Of a stretch of DNA of 64,000 bases, positions 36,939 to 47,084 are shown piece by piece (position 1 is the first letter of the stretch; each line of letters opens with the position of its first letter). The notes under the pieces are model-generated. The model saw only the letters and a program-made list of their open reading frames with translations, ran no database searches and was not told the DNA's origin. Origin of the DNA: Myxococcales bacterium (GTDB taxonomy: Bacteria > Myxococcota_A > UBA9042 > JABWCM01 > BTVJ01); the NCBI GenBank assembly GCA_045863395.1, contig BTVJ01000008.1, positions 1 through 64,000 on the forward strand, given 5' to 3'. Made by a program: the position numbers and the translations under genes.

Positions 36939-37106
36939 CGGTTCCTCCACTCGGGCGCACCGTTATAGCAGAGACCCGAGCGCAGATCGCGCCGCTGGGC
37001 GGACAGCCGCAGCGGCCCCGCCCGGGCACGTGCGGCCCGCAGCGGGTGGAATCGGCCACGCGCCTGGTCTACCATCCGTGCGAACCGCACTCCGGAGGCC
37101 ACCCAG

Positions 37107-40100
37107 ATGAATGATCGCCCGCTCCTGCTCTTGGCGCTCGTCACGTTGCTCGGCGCCTGCGTCTCCACCGACGGCCCCGCGGGCCTGCCGGCCCAGGACG
37201 TTGGCGACGCCACGGCCGACGCCGTAGGCGATGGGGCCGGTGGAGGCGACGGCGGGGGCGGCGCCGGTGATGGCGGCGCGTCGGCGGACACCACGGATGA
37301 CGTCTGGAGCGACGGCGGTGCCGGGGACGTGGGGGGGGACCTGGGGCCTGGCGACGCCGGCACGGATGGCGGCGCGGGAGACGGGGAGAGCGACGCGGCG
37401 GGCGACGCCTCCGGGGACACCGAGGCCGACGTCCCCGACGGGGCGCCAGCGGACTGTCTGAGCGACGCCGGCTGTGACGACGGCCTGCCGTGCACGAGCG
37501 ACGCCTGCCAGGATGGCACTTGCGTCTGGGCTCCCATCTCCGGGTGCCCCCTGCTGCCCTGCGAGCTCGACGCGGACTGCGACGACGGGGATCCCTGCAC
37601 CCACGAGGAGTGCCTCCCGTGCATGGGAGGGGCCTGCGAGGGGAGCGCGTGCGCCCTGGAGGCGTCCCCCACCTGCGACGACGGGGATCCATGCACCGCC
37701 GACGGGTGTACCGCCGCGGGCTGCACCCACACCCCGGTCACTTGCGACGACGGCGATCCATGCACGACGGACAACTGCGGAGCTGGCGGCTGCGCCCACA
37801 CCCCCAAGGGGTGCGACGACGGCGACGCATGCACGGCGGACGCGTGCGAGCCGGCGACCGGGGCCTGTGCCCACGCGGGGAAGAGCTGCGACGACGGGGA
37901 CCCCTGCACCACCGACGGCTGCACCCCGGCGACCGGCGCCTGCAGCCACGTGCCGGCGACCTGCGACGGTGGGGACGCCTGCACCGAGGGCTCCTGTGAC
38001 CCCGCAAGCGGCGCCTGCGCCTTCGCCCCCGTAGTCTGCGACGACGGCGACCCCTGCACGGTCGACTCCTGCGCGCCGGCGAGCGGCTGCTCGTCGCTGC
38101 CGCTGCCGTGCAATGACGGCGACCCCTGCACGACGGACTCCTGCGTGGGTGGCGCCTGCGTCAACGCTGCGGTCCCCGGGTGCGCGGGCTGCACGTCCAG
38201 CGCCCAGTGCAACGACGGGGACGCCTGCACCGCCGACGCGTGCGACTTCGACGCCGGGGTGTGCACCCACGCGCCCGCGGTCTGCGACGACGGCAACGCC
38301 TGCACCGAGGACGAGTGCCACAGCGTCCTCGGGTGCCTCCACGGGGTGCCGCCCTGCGACGACGGGGATGAGTGCACGGTGGACGGCTGCGACCCGGTGA
38401 GCGGCTGCGTGCTGCTGGGCGCGACCCCCTGCGACGATGGCGACGCCTGCACGGTCGACTCGTGCAGCCCGGCCACAGGGTGCGTCCACGCCTCCGCCGC
38501 TTGCAACGACGGCGACCCCTGCACGGCGGACGCCTGCGCCCCTGGCGTCGGCTGCACCCACGCGCCGACCTCTTGCGAGGACTACGATGACTGCACCCTC
38601 GACTCCTGCGGCCTGACGGGCTGCGTCCACGCCCCCGTGGACTGCACCGGCGGCGACCCCTGCTCCGGCGCCATCTGCGTGAACGGCGTCGGCTGCGCCC
38701 CGCTGCCCGTGAGCTGCGACGACGGCGACCCCTGCACGACGGACGCCTGCGACCCGGTGCTCGGGTGCGTCCATCCGGCTGCGAGCTGCGACGACGGCGT
38801 CGCCTGTACGGTGGACACGTGCACGGTGGCTGGGTGCGAGAGCGCCGACGGCTGCGACGACGGCGACATCTGCACGGTGGAGCTCTGCGACCTGCTCTCC
38901 GGCTCGTGCCAGGTCACGTTGGTCGGCTGCGACGACGGCGACCCGTGCACCGACGACGTCTGCGACCCGGTGGAGGGCTGCACCCACGCCGCCGCGAGCT
39001 GCGCGGACGGCGACCCGTGCACGGCGGACTCCTGCGGCGTGGCGGGCTGCGCCCACGTGCAGGTCGCCCAGTGCGCGCCGTGCGGGAGCGACGCCGAGTG
39101 CGACGACGGCTACCCCTGCTCCCAGGACCGCTGCGAGGCGGGCACCGGCGAGTGCGTGTACACGGGCGTCCTTTGCGGCGACGGTGACCCATGTACCGTG
39201 GACTCCTGCGACCCGGACCTGGGCTGCCAGCACGCAGCGAAGGCGTGTGACGACGACGACGCCTGCACGGACGACGCCTGCAACCCGGCGAACGGCGTGT
39301 GCGAGGCCACCGCGCTGGACTGCGCGGACGGGGATCCGTGCACCGTCGACGCCTGCGACCCTGCGACCGGCTGCGCGCCGACGGTGATCCCCGCGTGCAC
39401 CGGGTGCCTGGCTGACGCGGCGTGCGCCGACGGGGACCCGTGCAGCCTCGATCTGTGTGACACGCAGAGCGGCGCGTGCGTACACAAGCCCAAGCCCTGT
39501 CTCGACTCGGACCCATGCACGGCGGACTCCTGCGGAGCCGACGGCGCCTGCGTCCACGCGTTCCTGCCAGGCTGCACCGGCTGCACGAGCTCCGCCCAGT
39601 GCGTCACCTCGGATCCGTGCATGGTGGGCGCGTGCAGCAGCGGGTCATGCCTGTTCTCGCCCAAGCCGGGCTGTACGGACTGCGCTGCCGACGTCCACTG
39701 CGCCGACGGGGACCAGTGCACGGAGGATGCCTGCGACCTGATCGCCGCCACGTGCAGCCACGCGCCGCTGTCCTGCGACGACGGGGATGGCTGCACCCTC
39801 GATGGCTGCACGCCCTGGAGCGGCTGCCTGTCGGCGCCCCTGTGCGACGACGGCAACCCCTGCACCGCCGACGCCTGCAACCCGACCACCCTGGCGTGCA
39901 CGTCCACCCCCATCGCCGGCTGCGGGGACTGCCAGACGTCCGCCCAGTGCGACGACGGCAAGCCCTGCACCACGGATGCCTGCAACGGAGGCAAGTGCGC
40001 GTGGACCCCCATCCCCGGCTGCACCCTCTGCACGTTCCCCCTGGACTGCCAGGACGGCGATCCGTGCACCATCGACGACTGCGTCCTCGGCGACTGTGAG

Positions 40101-40202
40101 CACGTCGTGCAGTCCTGCGACGACGGGCTCCGGTGCACGACCGACTTCTGCGTGCCCGGGCAGGGGTGCGCCCACGAGCCGATCCCCTCGTGCAGCCCCT
40201 GA
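37107..40202 (+). CDS. lipoprotein of about 34 Cys-rich CxDGDPCTxDxC (Dictyostelium-type) repeats
   Basis: Lipobox LGAC, Asp/Gly linker, repeats counted by hand. Confidence 0.9.
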   Translation: MNDRPLLLLALVTLLGACVSTDGPAGLPAQDVGDATADAVGDGAGGGDGGGGAGDGGASADTTDDVWSDGGAGDVGGDLGPGDAGTDGGAGDGESDAAGDASGDTEADVPDGAPADCLSDAGCDDGLPCTSDACQDGTCVWAPISGCPLLPCELDADCDDGDPCTHEECLPCMGGACEGSACALEASPTCDDGDPCTADGCTAAGCTHTPVTCDDGDPCTTDNCGAGGCAHTPKGCDDGDACTADACEPATGACAHAGKSCDDGDPCTTDGCTPATGACSHVPATCDGGDACTEGSCDPASGACAFAPVVCDDGDPCTVDSCAPASGCSSLPLPCNDGDPCTTDSCVGGACVNAAVPGCAGCTSSAQCNDGDACTADACDFDAGVCTHAPAVCDDGNACTEDECHSVLGCLHGVPPCDDGDECTVDGCDPVSGCVLLGATPCDDGDACTVDSCSPATGCVHASAACNDGDPCTADACAPGVGCTHAPTSCEDYDDCTLDSCGLTGCVHAPVDCTGGDPCSGAICVNGVGCAPLPVSCDDGDPCTTDACDPVLGCVHPAASCDDGVACTVDTCTVAGCESADGCDDGDICTVELCDLLSGSCQVTLVGCDDGDPCTDDVCDPVEGCTHAAASCADGDPCTADSCGVAGCAHVQVAQCAPCGSDAECDDGYPCSQDRCEAGTGECVYTGVLCGDGDPCTVDSCDPDLGCQHAAKACDDDDACTDDACNPANGVCEATALDCADGDPCTVDACDPATGCAPTVIPACTGCLADAACADGDPCSLDLCDTQSGACVHKPKPCLDSDPCTADSCGADGACVHAFLPGCTGCTSSAQCVTSDPCMVGACSSGSCLFSPKPGCTDCAADVHCADGDQCTEDACDLIAATCSHAPLSCDDGDGCTLDGCTPWSGCLSAPLCDDGNPCTADACNPTTLACTSTPIAGCGDCQTSAQCDDGKPCTTDACNGGKCAWTPIPGCTLCTFPLDCQDGDPCTIDDCVLGDCEHVVQSCDDGLRCTTDFCVPGQGCAHEPIPSCSP

Positions 40203-41110
40203 CGCGCCTCGTGCTGCTCGGGGCGGGCCTCTCCGCCCTGCGCGCCCGGTACGACGAGCGCGAGGCGGGGCGGACCGTGTGCCTCGCGTGGCATCGCCTC
40301 GCGCCCCGGGAGCGCTGGGAGGCGCTCCCACGCTCGGAGCGCCGGTACACGGTCCCGGTCGACCGCTTCGAGGGCCAGCTCGCTGCCCTCGCTGGGGCCG
40401 GGTACTCCGTCGTCTCCCTCGACGCCGTGCTGGACCACGCCACCGGTCGCCGCCCCCTCCCACCCCGCACGGTCTGCCTGACCTTCGACGACGGGTGCGA
40501 GAGCGTCTACCGCTACGCGCTGCCGATCCTCGTGCGCCGGGGCTTGACCGCCACCCTGTTCATGACGGTCGCCGAGGACGCCGCGGTGTTCGGCCCGCAG
40601 ACCCCCCACGGGGAGCGCCGTATGACCCGAGACGAGCTGGCCGCGTGGAGCCGCGCGCTCGACGTAGGGGCCCACGGCGTAACGCACCGGGGCCTCGCAT
40701 CCCTTGCTCCCGCGGCGGCGCTGGAGGAGCTGCGCGCGTCTCGCCGGACGCTCGAGGCGTGGCTCGGGCGCCCGGTGCGCGCGGCGTCCATGCCCCTCGA
40801 CCTGTGGACTCCGGAGACTCAGGAGCTGTGCCGGCAGGCTGGCTACGAGGCGGTCTGTGTCTCGAAGCCGGGGGCGGTACGGGTGGGCTCCGACCCTCTC
40901 CGCCTGCGCCGCCTGGTGGTGGACGGGCGCCTGGATGGGCCCTCGCTCTTGCGCTCGCTCGCGCCCTGGGCGATGGTACGCGCCCGCGGGGTCAAGGCCC
41001 TCAAGGGGCTGCCGCCGCGCATGTTGGGGGAGGCAGCCTGGATGCCGCTCCGGCGGCTCCTGCTCGACGGGTGGACGCCGGGAGCAGACAACCGACGGAG
41101 GAGGCCATGA
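40190..41110 (+). CDS. polysaccharide deacetylase (NodB/CE4 family)
   Basis: CLTFDDG, VGAHGVTH; start codon uncertain. Confidence 0.85.
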   Translation: MQPLTRLVLLGAGLSALRARYDEREAGRTVCLAWHRLAPRERWEALPRSERRYTVPVDRFEGQLAALAGAGYSVVSLDAVLDHATGRRPLPPRTVCLTFDDGCESVYRYALPILVRRGLTATLFMTVAEDAAVFGPQTPHGERRMTRDELAAWSRALDVGAHGVTHRGLASLAPAAALEELRASRRTLEAWLGRPVRAASMPLDLWTPETQELCRQAGYEAVCVSKPGAVRVGSDPLRLRRLVVDGRLDGPSLLRSLAPWAMVRARGVKALKGLPPRMLGEAAWMPLRRLLLDGWTPGADNRRRRP

Positions 41111-42123
41111 AGATCCTGCTGACCGGTGCCAGCGGGTTTCTCGGCGGGCACGTGCTGCGCGCCTGCGTGGAGGCGGGCCACCAGGTCCGCGCGCTGGTCC
41201 GCCCGACGAGCCGGGTGGACGAGATCCGCGCCCTGCTGGACCATGCGGCGGTGGAGGGTGTGCAGGGCGACCTGACCGACCCGCCCTCTCTGGAACGTGC
41301 CGCCGCCGGCTGCGACGCCGCCATCCACACGGCGGGACTGATCAGCCTGCGCCCCGAGGACGCAGACCTCATGCGCCGTGTCCAGGTGGACGGCACGCGC
41401 AACGTCGTTGCTGCCTGCGCCTCGGCGGGAGTGAAGCGCCTGGTCCACGCGAGCACGTCGCTGCTGGCGGGCATCAGCGAGCGCCGGGGCAGGCCCTTTG
41501 GTGAGCACGACCAGATTGCTCCCGACGCGGTCCAGATCCCGTATGTCCGAACCAAGGCCGAGGCGGAGCGGGTGGTCCGCGCTGCGGCGGGCATCGACGT
41601 GGTCATCCTCTCGCCGGGCTGCCTGTTCGGGCCCGGGGACCACTACGTGTCGAGCACGGACATCATCCTCCGGGCCCTGAGGGAGGAGATCCCCATGTAC
41701 CTGGAGGGGGGCTTCAGCTTCGCGGACGTGCGGGACGTGGCCGTCGCCTTCGTGGCCGCGTTGGACCGGGGCATCGCCGGGCGCCGCTACCTCATCGGCG
41801 GGCACGACCACAGCATCGACGAGGTGCTCGGCCTGGTGTCCTCGCTGACCGGCGTCAAGCGCCCGAAGCACAAGCTGCCGAGGGGCCTTGCGATGCTGGG
41901 CGGCGCCGTCGCCGAGGCGATCTCGCGGACCGACACCGTCACCCGGGACGCCGTCCGCATGGCCACGCTGTTCAGCTTCGTCACGGACGAGCCCGCGCGC
42001 CGCGACCTGGGCTACGCGCCGCGCCCGTTCGAGCGCACCGTGGCCGACACGGTGGAGTGGCTGCGCGCCGCCGGCTACGTCCGCATGCCGGCCGCGGAGC
42101 TGCGCCGCATCCGCCGGACCTGA
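41107..42123 (+). CDS. NAD-dependent epimerase/dehydratase (extended SDR, HpnA-like)
   Basis: TGASGFLG, YVRTK, FADVRDVA. Confidence 0.9.
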   Translation: MKILLTGASGFLGGHVLRACVEAGHQVRALVRPTSRVDEIRALLDHAAVEGVQGDLTDPPSLERAAAGCDAAIHTAGLISLRPEDADLMRRVQVDGTRNVVAACASAGVKRLVHASTSLLAGISERRGRPFGEHDQIAPDAVQIPYVRTKAEAERVVRAAAGIDVVILSPGCLFGPGDHYVSSTDIILRALREEIPMYLEGGFSFADVRDVAVAFVAALDRGIAGRRYLIGGHDHSIDEVLGLVSSLTGVKRPKHKLPRGLAMLGGAVAEAISRTDTVTRDAVRMATLFSFVTDEPARRDLGYAPRPFERTVADTVEWLRAAGYVRMPAAELRRIRRT

Positions 42124-42127
42124 TGCC

Positions 42128-42439
42128 CTACTTTGGGGTGCGCACCGTGTCGATGTGGGCGAGGCTCGGGGTGTCGCCTGCCGGCTCGCCTCCTCCTGTG
42201 GCCCCCTCCAGCTTGAAGTACTCGGAGACGAGCTGCGCGAGGATCTGCCGGTGCGCCTCGGTGCCCAGGTTCAGGCGGTACTCGTTGATCGCCATGAGCT
42301 GGTAGCCGAGCCACTCCTGCCAGCACGGGGCGCAGGCGCTCTGGAGGAGCCGGTCCTTCAGGTCGCCCTGGAAGCCGATGAAGCTGGTGATGGCCGGGCC
42401 GCTCTGGCCGCAGCGGGTGCACGTGACGGTGTCGCTCAT
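42128..42439 (-). CDS. Fe(II)-trafficking / oxidative damage protection protein (YggX-like)
   Basis: CAPCWQEWLGYQLMAINEYRLNL. Confidence 0.8.
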   Translation of the reverse strand: MSDTVTCTRCGQSGPAITSFIGFQGDLKDRLLQSACAPCWQEWLGYQLMAINEYRLNLGTEAHRQILAQLVSEYFKLEGATGGGEPAGDTPSLAHIDTVRTPK

Positions 42440-42495
42440 GGACGTCCCTCCGGTTCGGGTGCGAGTCGGGAGGATGGGAGTCGCCGTGGGCGGTG

Positions 42496-44424
42496 TCAAG
42501 CCGGGGCGGGCACGTTGGCGTCGAGCGGGTGCTCCGGCGCACGGAGCGCCGCCGCATCGTCCTGGGATGGAGAGATCTTGACGGGGAGCTCCGCCGCGCC
42601 GAGCACGGCGTAGACCGAGTCGGGCACGGCGGCGCCGCGCATGGCGAGCTGTCCGACCCGCTGGAGCCTCCGGGTCGCCTCCAGGGGCTGCGCCGTCTCG
42701 CGGTCCGTCAGGATGGCGCCGTCGGAGGCCACCCGCGCGAGGCGCTCGGCCACGTCCACGGGGGAGCCCATCAGCGCCTGGTCCAGGCGGGCGCGGTCCT
42801 CAGGCAGCAGCCACACCGCGCCGGTGGCCACGCCGGTCCGGATCTGGAACGGAAGCGCCGCCTCGTCCCGCGCCGCCCGCAGCGCCGCCCGCAGCGCGAG
42901 GGCCGCCGCCACCGCCGCCCGGGAAGGGCCGGGCGTCGGCCCCTGGAGGCCGAACACCGCGCGCACGCTCGCCCCGTCGCTGCGGCACACGGTCCCGCCG
43001 AGGGAGGCCAGCCCGTCGGCCCATGCCTCGATGGCCGGCTCGAGCTCCGGGCGCCACGCCTCGGCATCCTCGGAGGTCGGTCGCAGCCACACGTGCAGCA
43101 GGCCGAGGCGCAGGCGCTCGACGCCAGCGGGGCGCTCCGGCGGGGGCAGCGGCGGCGGCAGCGTGACGAAGCGGGGATCCACGCCGACGGTGGCCCGGAG
43201 GATGTCCGCGGCCCGGGCGCGCTGCCCGCCATCCACCGGACGCCCGCAGTGGGTGCAATCTCCGACGCCCGCCCCGATGCGGCCACAGGCGCGGCACAGG
43301 CGCAGGCCCTCCGCCCCGAGCGGCGCGGTGGGCAGCTCGATACGGCCGACGTCCGTCAGGGTGGCCCGCTCCGATGGCGCGGAGTCGTCCTCCAGCACCA
43401 GGGTCGGGCGCTCGTGGAAGGGCACGCTCTCCAGCGCCGCGCCCAGGGTGCTGAGGCTCAGCCGCCCCCGCCCCCGCGCCTCCAGGTCCCGGCGGATGAC
43501 GCCGAAGCGCTCCCGCACGTGGCCCGCGGACGCGGGGCGGTCCCCGGCGCTCTTGGCCAGCAGGGAGGCGACCAGCGCGTCCAGCTCCGGCGTCACCCCC
43601 GCGTCTGGCGCTGCCTGCGCCAATGAAGGGACCGGCTCCACCATGTGGGCGCGGATGACGGCCAGCGGGTCGGCGCCGGAGTAGGGCGGGCGACCGGCGA
43701 TCAGCTCGAAGACCAGCACCCCGAGCCCGTACAGGTCGCTCCGCGGCTCGCAGCGCAGCCCGAGGGCGTGCTCCGGGCTCATGTAGGCCGGCGTCCCGCA
43801 CACCGTGCGGGGGCCCTCGATGGGCGCCCCGTCCCCGGTGAGCGACGCGATGCCGAAGTCCAGTATCTTCAGAAGGTTGCCCGGGAGGAGGCGGAAGTTC
43901 TCGGGCTTGAGGTCCCGGTGGACCACGCCGCTGTCGTGGGCGGCCCCCAGCGCCGCGGCGACCTGCTCGGCCAGCCCAGCGGCCCGCGCGGGGGACAGGC
44001 GCCCCTCGCGGCGCAGGATGGTCGCCAGGCACTCTCCGCCCAGGAGCTCCATCACCAGGTAGAGGAGCCCATCCGCGGTGCGCCCGAAGCCGTGCACCGA
44101 CACGATGCTCGGGTGCGCGAGGCGGCGCACGGCCCGCACCTCGCGAAAGAAGCGCTCCACGCCGTCGGCGCGCGTCGCCATGGCGGGGCTCGTCACCTTG
44201 ATGGCGACGTCCAGGTGGCGGACCGTGTCGAAGGCGCGGTGCACGGCGCCCATGCCCCCGCTGCCGATGCGGTCGAGCACGACGTAGCGCCCGTCCACGA
44301 CCGCGCCGAAGGGCGGCAGCTCCGCGGACGGACCGCGCAACCGGACGCCGTCGGTCGGGCAGATCGCCCGATCCTCGTCGAAGTGGCGCCGGCAGACCCG
44401 GCAGAAGGTGATCCCTCGCGTCAT
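42496..44424 (-). CDS. Hanks-type Ser/Thr kinase fused to a zinc ribbon and a degenerate class III nucleotide cyclase domain
   Basis: GSGGMGAV, VAIK, HRDLKPEN, DFG, GTPAYMSPE; C-terminal VFG...IRTGVATG...GSPVDVAERL. Confidence 0.85.
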   Translation of the reverse strand: MTRGITFCRVCRRHFDEDRAICPTDGVRLRGPSAELPPFGAVVDGRYVVLDRIGSGGMGAVHRAFDTVRHLDVAIKVTSPAMATRADGVERFFREVRAVRRLAHPSIVSVHGFGRTADGLLYLVMELLGGECLATILRREGRLSPARAAGLAEQVAAALGAAHDSGVVHRDLKPENFRLLPGNLLKILDFGIASLTGDGAPIEGPRTVCGTPAYMSPEHALGLRCEPRSDLYGLGVLVFELIAGRPPYSGADPLAVIRAHMVEPVPSLAQAAPDAGVTPELDALVASLLAKSAGDRPASAGHVRERFGVIRRDLEARGRGRLSLSTLGAALESVPFHERPTLVLEDDSAPSERATLTDVGRIELPTAPLGAEGLRLCRACGRIGAGVGDCTHCGRPVDGGQRARAADILRATVGVDPRFVTLPPPLPPPERPAGVERLRLGLLHVWLRPTSEDAEAWRPELEPAIEAWADGLASLGGTVCRSDGASVRAVFGLQGPTPGPSRAAVAAALALRAALRAARDEAALPFQIRTGVATGAVWLLPEDRARLDQALMGSPVDVAERLARVASDGAILTDRETAQPLEATRRLQRVGQLAMRGAAVPDSVYAVLGAAELPVKISPSQDDAAALRAPEHPLDANVPAPA

Positions 44425-44556
44425 GTGTCGCACCCTCGGCGCGAAGGTACGGTGGGCTCGGCGGGCGGGCAAGAAATCTGCCGAGACCGCCAGGGGGGGC
44501 ACGGGGGGGCTTCGCGACCCCCTCCGTGCCTTGCGGTCGCCGCGCAGGTGTGGCAC

Positions 44557-45492
44557 ATGGGCGGGGGCGCTCTCCGTTGGAGGGCCCGGGAGGCTCGATT
44601 GGTCGCTCCCATCGCCATCCGCGCCGCCGTGGTGTCGCTCTCCGTGGCCGTCGTGCTGCTGGCCACCAAGTCCGTCGCCGCGGCGATGACGGGCTCGGCG
44701 GCCATCCTCTCCGACGCCCTGGAGTCCATCGTCAACGTCGTCGCCGCCCTGTTCGGCGTCGTGGCCCTCCGGGTGGCCGCCACGCCGCCCGACGAGAGCC
44801 ACCCCTACGGCCACGGCAAGGTGGAGTTCTTCGCCGCCGGCTTCGAGGGGGGCATGATCGGCATCGCGGCGCTGCTGATCCTGGGCGAGTCCATCCGGCG
44901 CATGGTGATGGGCTCGGAGGTCCGCTTGCTCGGGCTCGGGATGGCCCTGTCCGCCGGCGCCGGCGTCGTCAACCTGCTCTTGGGGCTCGCCCTGGTGCGC
45001 ATCGGACGCCGCGTGGAGTCACCGACCCTGGTGGCCGACGGGCGCCACGTGCTGACCGACGTGGTGACGACGGTGTCCGCGCTGCTGGGCCTCGCCCTCG
45101 TGGAGCTCACCGGGGTGGTGCTGTTCGACCCCATCGCGGCGATCCTCGCCGCCCTGTGGATCCTGCGCTCGGGGTGGCATCTCGTGCGGGAGTCCATCGC
45201 GGGGCTCATGGACGAGGCGGACCCGGCGGACCTCGCGCGGCTCGTGGCGACGATGGAGTCCCTGCGGGAGCCCCACCTGCGCGGCTACGCCGACCTGCGG
45301 GCGCGCCACCAGGGCAGGGAGCACCTCATCGACGTGACGATCTATGTCTCGGAGGACCTGTCGGTCATGGACGGCCACGCGGTCGCGACCCGCGTCGAGC
45401 GCGCCCTGGAGGACTGCTTCTCCGTCGCGACGGCCACGTGCCACGTGGAGCCGGAGGGGGCGCAGGCAGCGGGGACCGCCTCGCCCGCATGA
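44557..45492 (+). CDS. cation diffusion facilitator (FieF-like) transporter
   Basis: SDALES, PPDESHPYGHGKVE, ADGRHVLTD, HVEP. Confidence 0.92.
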   Translation: MGGGALRWRAREARLVAPIAIRAAVVSLSVAVVLLATKSVAAAMTGSAAILSDALESIVNVVAALFGVVALRVAATPPDESHPYGHGKVEFFAAGFEGGMIGIAALLILGESIRRMVMGSEVRLLGLGMALSAGAGVVNLLLGLALVRIGRRVESPTLVADGRHVLTDVVTTVSALLGLALVELTGVVLFDPIAAILAALWILRSGWHLVRESIAGLMDEADPADLARLVATMESLREPHLRGYADLRARHQGREHLIDVTIYVSEDLSVMDGHAVATRVERALEDCFSVATATCHVEPEGAQAAGTASPA

Positions 45493-45546
45493 GCGCAGAC
45501 GAGAGCAGAGAGGGCGGCATGTCGAGAAGGTCCTCGTGAGGTCGTA

Positions 45547-47064
45547 TCAGGGCGCCAGCAGGGGCCTCTGGTCCTTCCAGGCGGCGGTCCAGGCGCTGGC
45601 CGCTGCCCGCGCGTCGGAGCGGGCCCCCAGATCGAGCCCGGTGAGCCCCGCGAGCTCCCGCTGAGCGTTCCAGGAGAGGTGCGGTTCGGTGGAGCCGACG
45701 GCTCGGAGCAGGGCCTCGACCCGGTCCACGTAGCCCCCGGTGGGGATGCCCGCGCGTCGGAACCCTGCCTCCACCCACTCGGCCCGGGACGCGCCCCGGC
45801 TCTGCTGCCACCAGCGCGCCCAGCCATCCACGGAGCCGCTCGTCCCCGCCGACGTCTCGGTCCGGTTGGTGAGGCGCCCGAGGGCCACGTGCGCGGCCTC
45901 GGAGAGGGCGCGGTCACGGGACGACGCCAGCGCGATGAGGGCAGGCACGGCCACCGGATCGCCCGCGACGCCGAGGGCTCGCACCGCGGCGAGGAGGGCG
46001 CTCGGGGACGCGTCCGAGCGCGACGCGAAGGCGGCAAGCGGGGCGGCGGCCTCCAGGGCGCCCAGGGTCGCGACCAGGGCCTCCTGCTCCTGAGCGCGGG
46101 TCGCTGCGGCCAGACGCTCCCCGAGGGCGGGGGCGGCCTCCACCGCGCGCGTGATCCGCACGAGGCGCAAGACGGCGTCCTGGGAGCCCGGCTCCGCGAG
46201 GAGGGGGAGTACCACGGGCACCGCGGCCCTCGCCCTCGCGGTCACGAGCGCCTCCAGGGCCTTGGCGCGCCCCTGGCCGCCGAGCGCGCGGGAGGCAAGC
46301 TCGCGGGCTCGCTGATCCAGGTCCTCGCGGGCGGTGTCCACCCAGGGCCAGGTGGCGCCGTAGCCGTTGCAGCCGTCGAAGCGGTCGTCCGGGGCGCAGT
46401 AGACCCGCACGTGGAAGTGGTCGTCGTGGGGCGACGAGTCGCCTGGTTGCTTGAGCACGACCTCGGCGCGGACGAGCAGGGCGGGGTCCGGCTCCGCGGC
46501 GCGGGCGTGCTGGAGCAGCATCTCGCGGAGCCACGCTGCGCAGAACGCCCACTCGAGCTGCACCGCGTCGTGCGAGAGCAGCGCGCGAACGAGGGCCCAG
46601 TTGCGCTCCAGGTCCAGGCGGTAACGCCCGTCACGGGAGCGCCCGTCCCTCCCGAGCGCCACGAGCCCGTCGGGGTGAGCCGGCGTGCCTTTGGCATCCA
46701 GCAGGTAGAACGCCAGGTCGGCGTCGCGGCCCGAGTTGTGTGAGCGGCTCGGGCCGATGTCGCCTCCCCCCTCCCGGCTCAGGTTGCCGACGTGCAGGAC
46801 GGCCCCAGGCAGCGCCGCCCGGACGGCGCCGGCGGCGTCCACCAGCGCGCCCACCAGCTCGTCGGTCCCGTAGATGAACCCTCGCTTGACGGTGCGGGTG
46901 ATCACACGGAGGGACTTCGAGCGCAAGGGAACAGCCCGTCCGCCCTCCAGGGTGCCCGTCGAGTTGTCGCCCAGGGATCTCGCCCGTGGGCGGGCCTCGG
47001 TGGGCACCGCAAGGGCAGCGACGAGAATGACGCCGAGCAGGGCGCCGGTGAATCGACCGACCAT
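45547..47064 (-). CDS. penicillin-insensitive murein endopeptidase (MepA-like) fused to HEAT repeats
   Basis: YGT, VGNLSREGGG, SHNSGRDAD, HDDHFHVR; C-terminal HEAT-like helices. Confidence 0.82.
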   Translation of the reverse strand: MVGRFTGALLGVILVAALAVPTEARPRARSLGDNSTGTLEGGRAVPLRSKSLRVITRTVKRGFIYGTDELVGALVDAAGAVRAALPGAVLHVGNLSREGGGDIGPSRSHNSGRDADLAFYLLDAKGTPAHPDGLVALGRDGRSRDGRYRLDLERNWALVRALLSHDAVQLEWAFCAAWLREMLLQHARAAEPDPALLVRAEVVLKQPGDSSPHDDHFHVRVYCAPDDRFDGCNGYGATWPWVDTAREDLDQRARELASRALGGQGRAKALEALVTARARAAVPVVLPLLAEPGSQDAVLRLVRITRAVEAAPALGERLAAATRAQEQEALVATLGALEAAAPLAAFASRSDASPSALLAAVRALGVAGDPVAVPALIALASSRDRALSEAAHVALGRLTNRTETSAGTSGSVDGWARWWQQSRGASRAEWVEAGFRRAGIPTGGYVDRVEALLRAVGSTEPHLSWNAQRELAGLTGLDLGARSDARAAASAWTAAWKDQRPLLAP

Positions 47065-47084
47065 GGGCAGGGAGCATAGCACAG

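Noticed and set aside
44498..44530. GC-rich hairpin sharing GGCACGGAGGGG (reverse strand) with 53787-53798 as a possible REP family
   Set aside because: Only 12 bp are shared in very GC-rich DNA and two copies are not enough to support a family
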